Below are positions 40,793-52,239 of a stretch of 64,000 nt of DNA, in pieces; position 1 is the first letter of the stretch, and the number at the start of each line of letters is the position of its first letter. The notes below the pieces were generated by a model. That model made no database searches and was not told where the DNA came from. It worked only from the letters and a program-made list of their open reading frames with translations. The translations under genes and the position numbers were made by a program. Location of the stretch: assembly GCF_004010195.1 (NCBI RefSeq), contig NC_057718.1, positions 33,062,229-33,126,228 of the forward strand, written 5' to 3'. The DNA comes from Chiloscyllium plagiosum (Eukaryota).

Positions 40793-41252
40793 TGCCCAGT
40801 ACAGCCTCCCATCCCAGTACAGCCTCCGTCTCAGTGCAGCGTCCTGTCCCAGTACAGCCTCCCATCCCAGTGAAGACTCCCATCCCAGTACAGACTCTCG
40901 TTCCAGTGCAGGCTCCCCTCCCAATACAGCCTCCCATCCCAGTGCAGAGTCCTGTCCCAGTACAGCCTCCCATCCCAGTACAGCCTCCCGTCCCAGTACA
41001 GCCTCCCGTCCCAGTACAGCCCCCTCACTGTCCCAATATAGCCTCCCATCCAAGTACAGCCCCCTCACCGTCCCAGTACAGACTCCCATCCCAATACAAC
41101 CCCCTAACCGTCCCAGTACAGGCTCCCATCCCAGTACAGGCCCCTCACCGTCCCAGTACAGCCTCCCATCCCAGTACAGCCCCCTCACCGTCCCAGTACA
41201 GCCTCCCATCCCAGTACAGCCCCCCCACCGTCCTAGTACAGCCTCCCATCCT
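40793..41252. repeat. Minisatellite with 18-bp unit CCCAGTACAGCCTCCCAT and a 22-bp variant
   Basis: Direct tandem repeats; they explain the PVQPP and RLYWDG ORFs. Confidence 0.95.
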
Positions 41253-41419
41253 GATCGAACCTCTTGCCCTGAAATGACACGTATTTCAGCAGCAGGTTTC
41301 ACACTGCCTTCAATCTTCAATCCAGTGGGATTGTTGAGGGGATGAATCGTAGCCTAAAGGCGTGATGAGAAAGCTTGTCCAGCACAATAATCCGATCAGG
41401 AATATAGTCCTGCTCTTTG

Positions 41420-43150
41420 TCCTCATTATCTTTAGTCACAGGCGAGGTCCCGGAATCCCGGAGAATAATCAATATTGTTCCTTTGTTTAAGAATGGCAAC
41501 AGGGATAATCTAATAAATCATAGACTGGTGAGCCTTACAACAGTGGTAAGGAAATAATTGAAGAAGATTCTTAGGGACAGGATTTACTCACATTTGGAGA
41601 AGAATGGGCCAATTTGGGATAATCAGCATAGCTAGGAGAAAGTGAGGACTGCAGATGCTGGAGATCAGGGCTGAAAAATGTGTAGCTGGAAAAGCGCAGC
41701 AGGTCAGGCAGCATCCAAGGAGCAGGAGAATCAACGTTTCGGACATAAGCCCTTCTTCAGGACATGAGCATAATCAGCATAGCTTTGAGCAGGGGAGGTC
41801 TTGTCTCATAAATTTGATTGAGTTTTTTGAAGAAGTGACAGAGATAATTGATGAGGGTAGGGCAATGGATGTTGCCTACATGACCATTACTAAAGCATTT
41901 GACAAATTTTCTCATTGTAGGCTCATCCAGAAGATTAAGTAAAATGGAATCCAGTGATGTAGTAAGTTGGAAACAAAATTGGCTTGGTCATAGAAGACTG
42001 GGCAGTTGCAAAAGGATGGTTTTGTACTGGAGGTCTATGGCCAATGGCATTCCATTGGTTAAGTGCTCAGACCTCTGTTGTTTCTAATATCTGAATGATT
42101 TAGATGAAAATGTAGGTGGTTTGATTAATAAATTTTGCAGACGACATGAAAATTGGTGGAGTTGTGGATATTAAATAAAGTTGTCAAAGGATACAGCAGA
42201 ATATAGATCAATTGGAAGTTTGAGTGGAGAAATGGCAGAGGGAGTTTAATCCAGACAAGGGTGAGGTGGTGCATTATGAGAGGTCAAATGCAAGAGGAAA
42301 GTATACAGTAAATGGCAGGACCCTTAGGAGCATTGATATACAGAAGCATCTCAGGGTCAAAGACCATACCTCCATGAAAATGGCATCACAAGTGGATAAG
42401 ATGGAAAGGAAGGTGCTTGCCTTCATCAATCAGGCAACTGAACATAAAAGTTGACAAGTATATGAAATGAGGAACGAACCAAATCCGGCTGTAAGGTCAC
42501 CCCTCCACACTTGTTTGATAGCTACCCAGGGACTGTTAAATGGGTTAGTTTTAAAATATACTGGTAAAACCCTGTATTACAACATTCACCATGAATTGGT
42601 ACTTACCATGTTAGACATAACCAGAACTATAGCTATATGAGACTTCATTTGGGCCACATTTGGAGTAATGTGTGCAATTCTGGTGGGCACACTATAGGAA
42701 GGATTTGAAGAAATTTGAAGAGATTTACCAGGATGTTGCCTGTTATAAGAAGAGGTTGGAGTTATAAGAAGAGGTTGGGGAAACTTGGATTGCTTTTGTT
42801 GGCATATCAGAGGCTGAGGGGCAACCAGATAGAAGTATACAAAGCATGGTTAGGGTGGATAGTCAGACTGGGTGGCATAGGTTTAAAGTGAGAGGGGAAA
42901 AGTTTAAAGGAGATGTGCAAGGCAGAGGGTAATAAATGCCTGGAATGCACTGCCAGTGGAGGTAGTGGAAGCACTTATGATAGCAAAGTTTAAGAGACAT
43001 TTAGACAGACAAATGAACAGACAGAGAATAGAGGGATATGGACCATGTGCAGGCAGATGGGATTTTTTTGGGAAGGCATCATGGTGGGCACACCTGTGGT
43101 AGGTTGAAGGGCCTGTTCCTGTGCTGTACTGTTCTATGTTCTATGTTCTA
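41420..43150 (+). mobile_element. Older CR1 subfamily copy nested in the provirus
   Basis: GRSCLINLIEFFEEVT...KAFDK, EKWQREFNPDK, (GTTCTAT)n tail. Confidence 0.85.
41634..41769 (-). mobile_element. Family C mini-insert with 15-bp TSD
   Basis: ATAATCAGCATAGCT at 41619-41633 and 41770-41784; hammerhead motif ~41730-41762. Confidence 0.85.
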
Positions 43151-43164
43151 CCTTATCCTGTGGG

Positions 43165-43560
43165 ACTCACCCTCCAGCCCAACTGGATTCATTCCAATGT
43201 TTTAATGACCGGACACCCTACAAGAGGTATCAAATGAGGTACAGACTTGTCACAGTCCAAAGTCACAGCCCTGAGCCATGGAAAACTGTAAAAGCCCTTC
43301 TCAACAGGCTGCTTAGAAGGCAGCAGCTGTTATACAGTGAAAAGAAAGAAGGGTAAGACTTATTTTAATGGGAAAATGAAACCTCCAGAATACAATGTAA
43401 GATAATGGTTCACACTGCAGGTTTTTCAGCCAGGGAATTGGCTGCCCCCTGGGGATTAAAGACCCCATTTACCTGTGAATAAGGCAAGCCCAACAGTGTC
43501 AAAAATTTTCCTGCACTTTGGGAAGACTGGAAGGTATCATGTGAACCAATGAAGGGCGCA
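43165..43560 (+). pseudogene. Integrase C-terminal remnant of the provirus
   Basis: Frameshifted segments PSSPTGF, LMTGHPTRG, KRKKGKTYFNGKMKPPEYNV, VNKASPTV, YHVNQ, typical of retroviral/Gypsy IN C-termini. Confidence 0.6.
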
Positions 43561-44114
43561 CAAAACCCCAGTTACTGATCCAGGCGCTGACCCCTGAGTC
43601 AACCCTGAGCACTAAATTGGGATGCTTGGCCATTGGTCTGGGGAAAGGCTTGGATCTAGGTCAAATATGCCCTGGAAAACACATGGATAATAAATACTTC
43701 GTATATGAAATAAGGAATGGACCAAATCTGGCCGTAAGGTCACCCCTCCATACATGTTTGATAATTACCCAGGAACCGCAAAATGGGTTGGTTTTAAAAT
43801 ATACTGGTAAAATCGTGTATTACAACATTCACCATGAATTAGTACTTACAATGTTAGACATAACTGGAACTCAGCTGACCTTGGTGCTCTCCCCAACTTA
43901 CATTGACATTTAACACAGAGATTATTGGGATGGCAAATATGAATTGATACAGGTAAGGCCAGAGCCAGGCCAGTAGACTGCAGTTAAAAGATAAATAATT
44001 GGCAATAGCATACACAGTAGGAGTGTCCACAGTCAATACCCTTGTATTGGCTAATTTAGGCAATAAACTCAGCATGTTATTCCAAAAACTAAACATGCCT
44101 TGAATAAAATCAAT

Positions 44115-45306
44115 CAAGTTGGTGCTGGGTCCACTGCTTTTCGTCATTTATATAAATGATTTGGATGTGAACATAGGAGGTATAGTTAGTAAGTTTGTAG
44201 ATGACATCAAAATTGGAGATGTAGTGGACAAGCGAAGAACATTACCTCAGAGTATAATGGGATTTTGATCAGATGGACTATTGGGACAAGGAGTGGCAGA
44301 TGGAGTTTAATTTAGATCAATGTGAGGTGCTGCGTTTTGGAAAAGCAAATCAGGACAGGACTTACACACTTAATGGTAAGGTCCTGGGGACTGGTGCTGA
44401 ACAAAGAGACCTTGGAGTGCAGGTTTATATTTCCTTGAAAATGGAGTCGCAGGCAAATAGGATAGTGAAGAAGGCATTTGGTATGCTTTCCTTTATTGGA
44501 CAGAGCACTGAGTATAGGAGTTGTGATGTCATGTTGCAGCTGTGCAAAATATTATTTAGAGATGCCGGTGTTGGACTGGGGTGTACAAAGTTAAAAATCA
44601 CACAACACCAGGTTATAGTCCAACAGGTTTAATTGGAAGCACTAGCTTTTGGAGCACCATTCCAAAAGGAGAGGCACTCCAAAAGCTAGTACTTCCACTT
44701 AAACCTGTTGGACTATAACCTGGTGTTGTACAAGACATTGGGTAGGCCACTTTTGGAATGTTGGGTGCAATTCTGGTCTCCCTCCTATTGGAAGGATGTT
44801 GTGAAACCTGAAAGGATTCAGAAAAGATTTACAAGGATGTTGCTAGAGTTGGAGGATTTGAGCGACAGGGAGAGGCTGAAGAGGCTGGGGCTGTTTTCCC
44901 TGGAGTGTTGGAGGCTGAGGAGTTACTTTATAGAGGTTTATAAAATCATGAGGAGCTTGGATAGAGTAAATAGACAAGGTCTTTTCCCTGGGGTTGGGGA
45001 GTCCAGAACTAGAGGACATAGGTTTAGGTTGAGAGAGGAAAGATTTAAAAGAGACCTAAGGGGCAACTTTTTCATGCAGAGAGTGGTGCGTGTATGGAAT
45101 AAGCTGCCAGAGGAAGTGGTGGAGGCTGGTACAATTACAACATTTTAAAAGTATCTGGATGGGTATAGGAATAGGAAGGGTTTGGAAGCATATGGGCCAA
45201 GTGCTGGAAAATTAGACTAATTTAGGTTGGGATATCTGGTTGGCATGGATGAGTGGACTGAAGGGCCTGTTTCTGTGCTGTATATCTCTATGACTCTATG
45301 ACTCTA
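44115..45306 (+). mobile_element. 5'-truncated CR1 nested in env
   Basis: VLGPLLFVIYINDL, WQMEFN, RPLLECWVQFWSP, (CTCTATGA)n tail. Confidence 0.92.
44554..44726. mobile_element. Head-to-head family B mini-insert
   Basis: Diverged TSD TGTGCAAAATATT (44541-44553) / TGTACAAGACATT (44727-44739). Confidence 0.75.
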
Positions 45307-46834
45307 ACACAATCAGCAAGATGTTGAAAGAGAATTCAGGGAGAATCAGGATTGCCAGCATTCAGTAATGGTACTATCAGGGTGTGCCAGAACAATAAAT
45401 GAAGTCTCCAAAGAAAAATATATGACAGTAGGCAGCAGAATTGAACCCTGTGTAATATCTATGGGTGATGTATGATAGAACACTTGAGGGAGAATCTCGA
45501 GCAGGCTAGCCAAGAACAGGCCCCATCTTGAATCAATAACAAGCAGATAGAGCACTCATTCTGTGGGGAGAGACGCCTGAATATTTCAGATTGCCAGTTG
45601 CAGCAACTGACCAAAGTCTGATTTGACTATGACTGCAGGGAATGCCAGTAAGTGCATGATAACAGCGATCCCAATCATAACACCAAACAAAAATGGGTTT
45701 TAAAATGTTTGAGATTGGAATTATCAGCATTGTCCAAGTGGTAATGTGGTTAGAAAATGACAGAAAATGACAACAATTGACGAATGCTGTCAATGCTATT
45801 GTAAAAAGGGGAGTGGCCTGTAGGAACCACTCTGGATAAATGTCAGTAAATGAACAAAGTAATTGTGTGCCCCTATCTGTGCATTTAAACAAACATGCCT
45901 TGTGCAGTTTTCAGACCAATTTAAATTTAAATTTAATTTAAACTGTATCATAGAATTCTGGAGCCTAGACACTGACATCACCTGAGTATTGTACAGAGGG
46001 GATGGACATTATCAATACAAAACCTTCACCTCGACATCCACAATGCCACTTTATGTATTAGGCCCCACAGTGCTGCCAGGGTTAAATGAACTTAATTCAT
46101 AGACATACCCAGGAGAAGTGAGATCTTTGTTAATGTCCGTGATGAGCCCTGATGGACTTTAGGATTGTTTTTGGAAAAACACAACACTGGTATTGAACTC
46201 CTACCAGAAAAATTATAACATGTCCAGACACAACTGGCCCACATGGATGAAATGTTTGCTACTGCAGTCCAACAGACAGATCAAATACCAAAAGACATTA
46301 AAGAAATTGAAGTCACCAGTTGGTGAAATGCCTTTTGGAGTTCGTGCAGAAATGTACAAATCCACCCTTTAGTTCACCTCCTGTCATACCTCGCTGTATT
46401 GTTCATTCTATTTGCTTTAATGTATGTAACAGTACGAGCAGTTAAAGTTTTTTAAGCAGAAACGGGAAGTCAGTTTTTTTAAAATGTAAAATCAATGCTG
46501 AGCAGGCATGAGCAGAGACTGTGCTCAGTGAACATCAGGTACCATAATTTATTGTGTATAAGATCGTGGACAGCTTGTAAATAATTTGATCACAACTGCT
46601 GTACAACCTCTACTTTAGCCAGCATATTGTTATTTGTACTATATTTGACAATTGACTAATGAATATTTTTCCTTATTATTCTTTTTCTTTCTATTGCTAA
46701 TTTGTGAACAGTATTGTTATTGGGTAGTGTAGGTTAGTGTTAGGTATTTGGATCCTCCACGTGGAAATCGGATCATTACCTGTTCAATGACTTGGGCAGT
46801 GCTGGGATCCAACTCACTTAATACTTTGTGAATC

Positions 46835-46845
46835 AATAGGGGTAA
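46835..46845 (+). promoter_or_regulatory. Polypurine tract
   Basis: AATAGGGGTAA immediately before the TG start of the 3' LTR. Confidence 0.5.
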
Positions 46846-48337
46846 TGTGGTCAGGTGACTCGCAGCCTCCCGGATTCTTACAAAAATATTGACATATTTT
46901 CATAAGCATGGATAAAAACTTGAAATGTGGAAGCCAACGTTAAAGCTAGCCGGACTCTGCAATGCTGGAATAAGGTTAAAAACCACACAATACTTGGTTA
47001 TAGTCCAACAGGTTTATCTGGAAGTATTAGCTTTTGGAGCGCTGCTCCTTTGTCAGGTATCTATGGAGCAGAATCATAAGACACAGAATTTATGCAAAAG
47101 ATCACAGTGTCATGCATGCAACTGATACAATATATTGAACAAACCTTGACTGCTATTTGTTCAATATATTGCATCAGTTGCAAGACACAGTGATCTTTTG
47201 TTGTAAATTTTGTGTCCTGCGATCCTGCCCCACTAACTACCTGATGAAGGAGCAGCATTCCAAAAGCTCGTACTTCCAAATAAAACTGTTGGGCTATAAC
47301 TTGGTGTTGTGTGACTTTTAACTTTGTCCATCCTAGTCCAAAGCCGGCACCACTACTTCAATGCTGGAACAAACAGTATTCATGCAGCCAGGTCTAGGAC
47401 AATCAACTTCCTGTCAAAACTAGACAGGCCTGGAGCTACCTGGCTATGTACTAATGGCCACACTGTTTCAGAACGATCCGTTGTTTCCACCTCCAGTGAA
47501 GCTGCTTTGTTAGAAGAATGTTATGTAGACTTTGCGGTACCTAGCTCAGTAGGAGGCCAGAGGCACAGCGTGACACGGACAGCACTTGACAGTTGAAGGT
47601 TCAAAACTATGTTCTGTGACCTCCAAACATGGAAAGTAGTTACCTCATTGGATCTTTCGGCTCCCACCTGATATTAGTATTGGACATAGGCCACAGGATC
47701 TTCGAGAAGGGCACAAAGAGAGAGATAAAATGGGCAACACAGAGCCCCAGCTCACTCTGCCTTTGCACCCTCCTCTACAGAGTCTCCAGAAAGCATCTTC
47801 GACTGGCAGCTGAGCAGCATAGCATCTCCAGCTCCTTCAACCTCATGGCGAACATTGTCAGACTGACCAGACCTAGACAGACCATCACGCTGAGACGACC
47901 TAAAGACCAGAGCCTAGATGAGCAGGGAAGTTCAAATTGACAACTACAGATCCTAAAATATCAGCCAAACCTCAAAGATCAAGAAACAGCCTGTCCCCCG
48001 CTTATTGAATGGGCATTACCATCGTCCTTTCAGGCAAACAGTTCAAGTACAGCATAGGCGGCAGCGAATCCTAAGAAGCACATGTCAGAAGTTGATAACG
48101 AGTGTAGATTTAAGATACCTGTGAATAGATTAATAGATTTTAATTAAAGTACAATACTAGTGTCTGATAAATACTGTTTTCCCCTTAGTAAAGTGTTTAA
48201 TATAGTTGTTTTGGGCCTTTCCCATGAATCTTATCCCTTTGTCTATCTCAACACGTAACACATCTGGGTTATAAAGGGTTAGTGCAAACTGGTCAAGGTT
48301 AGTCAGGGTATATTTACCCACCTCTCACTTTACAACA
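46846..48337 (+). repeat. 3' LTR (contains a Penelope insert at 46971-47358)
   Basis: TGTGGTCAGGTGAC...TTTACCCACCTCTCACTTTACAACA; TG...CA ends. Confidence 0.8.
46971..47358. mobile_element. Inverted family B pLTR pair with 11-bp TSD
   Basis: CAATGCTGGAA at 46960-46970 and 47359-47369; hammerhead TAC-CTGATGA...CTC-GTA at 47238-47272. Confidence 0.85.
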
Positions 48338-48929
48338 ATAGGAGCATGGAATACAAAAACAAGGCAGTTACACTGAACCTGTATGATGGATCAGTCTCAA
48401 CTGATATATTGCACCCAGTTCTGGGCACCAGTGTTTAGGAGGATGTGCAGGCATTATCAAGGGTGAAGTAAAGGTTTATGGGAATGGTTCCAGGAATGGG
48501 AAATTTCAGTTTGGGAGAAGTTGAGACTGTTCTCCATCAATTAATGAAGGCTTAGAGAGATTAAATAGACTCATACCAACATAGCTCCACAATTTCCCAT
48601 CTTTCAATCTTTCTGCTGTAGACCATCAAAATATTCTGTTGAGTAAAATCCTAAAACAAAATACTCCAGGAAAAAAATACCTAACTACGTTCTCCAACAA
48701 CATTTCCAATGACACATGTGAAACTGAATTATTCAACTTTTTGTATTCCCTTAGTGCCTGCCAATTAGGAGTCTTGGCTGAGTGCAGGTCCTATGCAGTG
48801 CTAACCCAGTAGCAACATTGAGATTGTTAGGAGGTTTGCAGAGAAGGAGACTAGAGATAGCCTTTCGAGCAGGTCTGGACCTAGAGAGCCTAGTCTCAGA
48901 GTACATTACTTCAGCCTGATGCCTTCAAG

Positions 48930-50060
48930 CATGGATTAGTTCAACACAGTTGGTATGCTGTATGCAATGAATGGTCAATGAGATGTGTTACTTGACATGG
49001 TCCATGAGTTGCTAGAGTGCACAGCCATGTATCCAATATCGTGCCAGAACTAAAGGCAAAATATCTTTCTTCACTTGCCCACAACATTCTGTTAGTGGAG
49101 AAAAGCACTTGTGAATTTACACCAAAGTAGCAGCATGAGACAGCTAGCTTCACCTGTTGCTCAAATGTTTAGACATCTTCCCCTTCCAGCATAATCTGAA
49201 GTAGACTGGGCCAAAAGTGGTGGGCACAGGCCCGTTTTTGAGTTTTCTAGCCTTGATGAGTGAAAAACAAAATGCTTTGATTCATTGTCTTCCATTACAA
49301 ATTTTAAAGTTACCAGATCTGAGTGGACTCAGACCAGGGAGAGAAGGAAATCCTGTTGGAGGGTGAGATCACACATGGATTCTGCTGTAAGTATCTCAGA
49401 CGTGGAGTGGGTCACCACCAGGAGATGGATGACGTTTCTTAGTGTTTTGATGGGCCTGCCAAACAAGTTGTTGGCAGACTGGTACAAGGCTTTTCGCAGA
49501 GTTTGGAACCCATCCTATTGATGGGAAAGTGGTGGCCAACTCCATTAGATCGCTTGAAGTTTCAACATCATGCAGCTTCAGGAGGCCAATGCTTCGGTTT
49601 CCACTGCACCACGACAAGAAATGTTCGGTCATAATGCTGCAGTAGAAGTTCAGACTGTTATCATAACTGCAGATTTTACTGTGCAAGAGCCTATAGTCTC
49701 AGACTCTCCTCCATACCAGTGTTCAAAGGGCTGACAAACTTTGACAACAATCCAACAATCTGTGGCCCCATAGATAACTGAGGTTTCTGATGTGTCAGCC
49801 CAGAACAGTGGATAATAGCATGTGTACATCTAGCATAAGCTATTTCATTAGATGTACACCATTAGATGTGATTCAGTTATCGGAAATCATTTACTAAATA
49901 ATCTGGACTGTGCAAAGAATAACAATAGGATTCAATTTAAAATCATTAGTTGGAATCACAATCTCATGCTAGAACCAAATACTTTTGTAATATACAAGAC
50001 CCTGTTTTATATAGACAAAACAATTGTATGCACAGTGTATGATTTTCACTAATAAAAAGG
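48930..50060. mobile_element. Old Penelope (Poseidon-like) coding remnants in inverted arrangement
   Basis: Minus strand KLAVSCCYFGVNSQVLFST (48941-49153); plus strand CDSVIGNHLLNNLDCAKN...QFKIIS (49852-50052), resembling the GIY-YIG C-terminus. Confidence 0.55.
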
Positions 50061-50165
50061 GGGTCAAAGAGACTGCCTAACTCTGTTGCTTTCCAATGTT
50101 CCAATGACGACATCTGATTAGTCATTCTGCCTGCTCTGAAAACTAAGATTGACAGTTAACTGTTC

Positions 50166-50322
50166 TTCAGAGTTAACGTTACAGGTCCAGTTCTGAGGAA
50201 GAGTCACCGGATCTAAACATTAACTGATTTCTCTTCACAGATGCTGCCCGACCTGCTGAGCTTTTCCAGCAACTTCAGTTCTAGTTTCTGATTTACAGCA
50301 ACCCATGTCCTTTGGGTTTTTG
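50166..50322. mobile_element. Family D mini-insert with short inverted arm and 11-bp TSD
   Basis: GTTAACTGTTC at 50155-50165 and 50323-50333; AGTT-CTGAGGA...AACT hammerhead remnant. Confidence 0.75.
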
Positions 50323-50374
50323 GTTAACTGTTCGTGTCCAAGCAATTGATGGCCAAAGCAATCATCACCTTCTT

Positions 50375-51068
50375 AGTCATAGAGTCATAGAGATGTACAG
50401 CATGGAAATGGACCCTTCAGTCCAACCCGTCCATGCCGACCAGATATCCCAACCCAATCTAGTCCCCCCTGTCAGCACCCGACCCATATCTCTCCAAACC
50501 CTTCCTATGCATATACCCATCCAAATGCCTTTTAAATATTGCAATTGTACCAGCCTCCACCATTTCCTCTTGCAGCTCATTCCATACCTATACCACCCTC
50601 TGTTTGAAAAAGTTGCCCCTTAGGTCTCTTTTATATCTTTACCCTCTCACCTTAAACCTACACCGTCTGGTTCTGGACTCCCCACCCCAGGGAAAAGACT
50701 TTGTCTATTTATCCTATCCAGGCCCCTCATAATTTTGTAAACCTCTATAAGGTTACCCCTTAGCCTCTGACGCTCTAGGGAAAATAGCCCCAGCCTGTCC
50801 AGCCTCTCCCTATAGCTCAAATCCTCCAACCCTGGCAACATCCTTGTAAATCTTTTCTGAACCCTTTCAAGTTTCACAACATCTTTCCGATAGGAAGGAG
50901 ATCAGAATTGCATGCAGTATTCCAACAGTGGCCTAACCAATGTCCTGTACAGCCGCATCATGACCTCCCAACTCCTGTACTCAATACTCTGACCAATATA
51001 GAAAAGCGTACCAAACGCCTTCTTCACTATCCGATCTACCTGCGACTCCACTTTCAAGGAGCTATGAA
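50375..51068 (-). mobile_element. 5'-truncated CR1
   Basis: LERVQKRFTRMLPG, RPLLEYCMQF, (CATAGAGT) tail. Confidence 0.92.
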
Positions 51069-52239
51069 TTGGTGTCCCCTTTCTTAAGTCCATAAGTTCT
51101 GTCTGAATTCTGATGAAAAGCTTTGACTTCATGCCTCCATTTAATCTTGTAAGTCTATATGTATCAATCCCACATCTCTATTGTCCTTTACCGCATTGCA
51201 TTTGGTTGTTGTGATTGTTAGATTAATTGATGGTGCTTTTTCATCTAGCACCTACATTTACTCATGCCCTTCATGATGAAGCTACACTGCCCAAATAGGT
51301 GGAAAATCTTGAGTGCCTGAAATCAAAAATGCAGAAGGAGAGGATTGGATGGAAATTAAGAAGGCCATGGTAACACCATCTGCAGCCCAGGCCTCATGGC
51401 AGATAACAGGAGAACGACGATCTGGGATTAGTGAGGGTACATTTGGCAGGAATATACCATTATTCTGAATGTTCTCAGTGATGCAGGATTCGAGGTGTTA
51501 CGATTACCATAGAGACAAATAAATTTCAAAATGAAATTTGAACTTCCAGTTATCAACTTTAAAGGATGCAATTTCAATTCATTTTTTTAAAGATCTTTTC
51601 TGTAACAAGTAACTAATGTGATGCTGGAGATCTAAAACAAACAAAAACAGAAATTGCTGAAGAAACTCAGGAGATCTGGCAAAATTAAGACTCACTCATG
51701 GTTCATCCTCGACTGCTATTGAACCAAATAGTGCCTGAGACCTAATATAGAAAGGAAGTCTGGCGGTATCACAGGGGCTGGAGTGCATCATCAATCTGGA
51801 TAATGATATCTTGATTTGATTTTGATATTTTCTGCATCAGTTCCATAAGCTTTGATATTTTGATGTTGTTTATATTATAGTGTCCTACCAGGGTCTGTCT
51901 AAACTGATTAATGGTTTGTTTTAAAAATTTAGAAAAAGGGACTGGGGCCTGGCCGAGGTGGTCATCAACAGGTCCGTGAAGGGGGTTACAGCACTTGACC
52001 TCTTTCATGGTTACATCCAAGGAGAGGGAGAATGCAAAATCCAGCAAGACAATAGAGGCCTTTAAGGACCGATGGTTTCTGCAAGAGCAGAAGTGCATTG
52101 TTAATTCCAGCAACAGCACGTTGATTTAATTTGATAATTTTTTGTTAATCCTGTTTTAACTATGGTGCTCCACCAGGTTTACTTATTTAAAAAGCAGCAA
52201 GGAGAATTGGGCCTGGCCAAGTTGGCTATTAATATAAGA

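Larger units (their letters stand above)
43617..46455 (+). pseudogene. env: Envelope/fusion glycoprotein remnant, split by a CR1 at 44115-45306
   Basis: NGLVLKYTGKIVYYNIHHELV; VKR*IIG then LAIAYTVGVSTVNTLVLANLGNKLSMLFQKL; Cys-rich middle; heptad-like stretch; TM LLSYLAVLFILFALMYVTV (46378-46434); located between IN and the PPT. Confidence 0.7.
38975..48337 (+). mobile_element. Decayed env-bearing LTR provirus (endogenous retrovirus-like) inserted in an old CR1
   Basis: Two homologous LTRs, TSD ATAG (38971-38974, 48338-48341), PBS, PPT, IN remnant, env remnant. The host CR1 frame KAYSILDFIN resumes as ...MEYKNKAV after the element. Confidence 0.8.

Noticed and set aside
40793..41252. CRISPR-like periodicity
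   Set aside because: No unique spacers, no cas genes, and a eukaryotic context.
40526..41320. 264-aa, 170-aa and overlapping ORFs
   Set aside because: They are translations of a minisatellite lacking stop codons, not genes.
51769..52119. 116-aa minus-strand ORF in apparently unique sequence
   Set aside because: No recognisable domain or splice context; consistent with chance.
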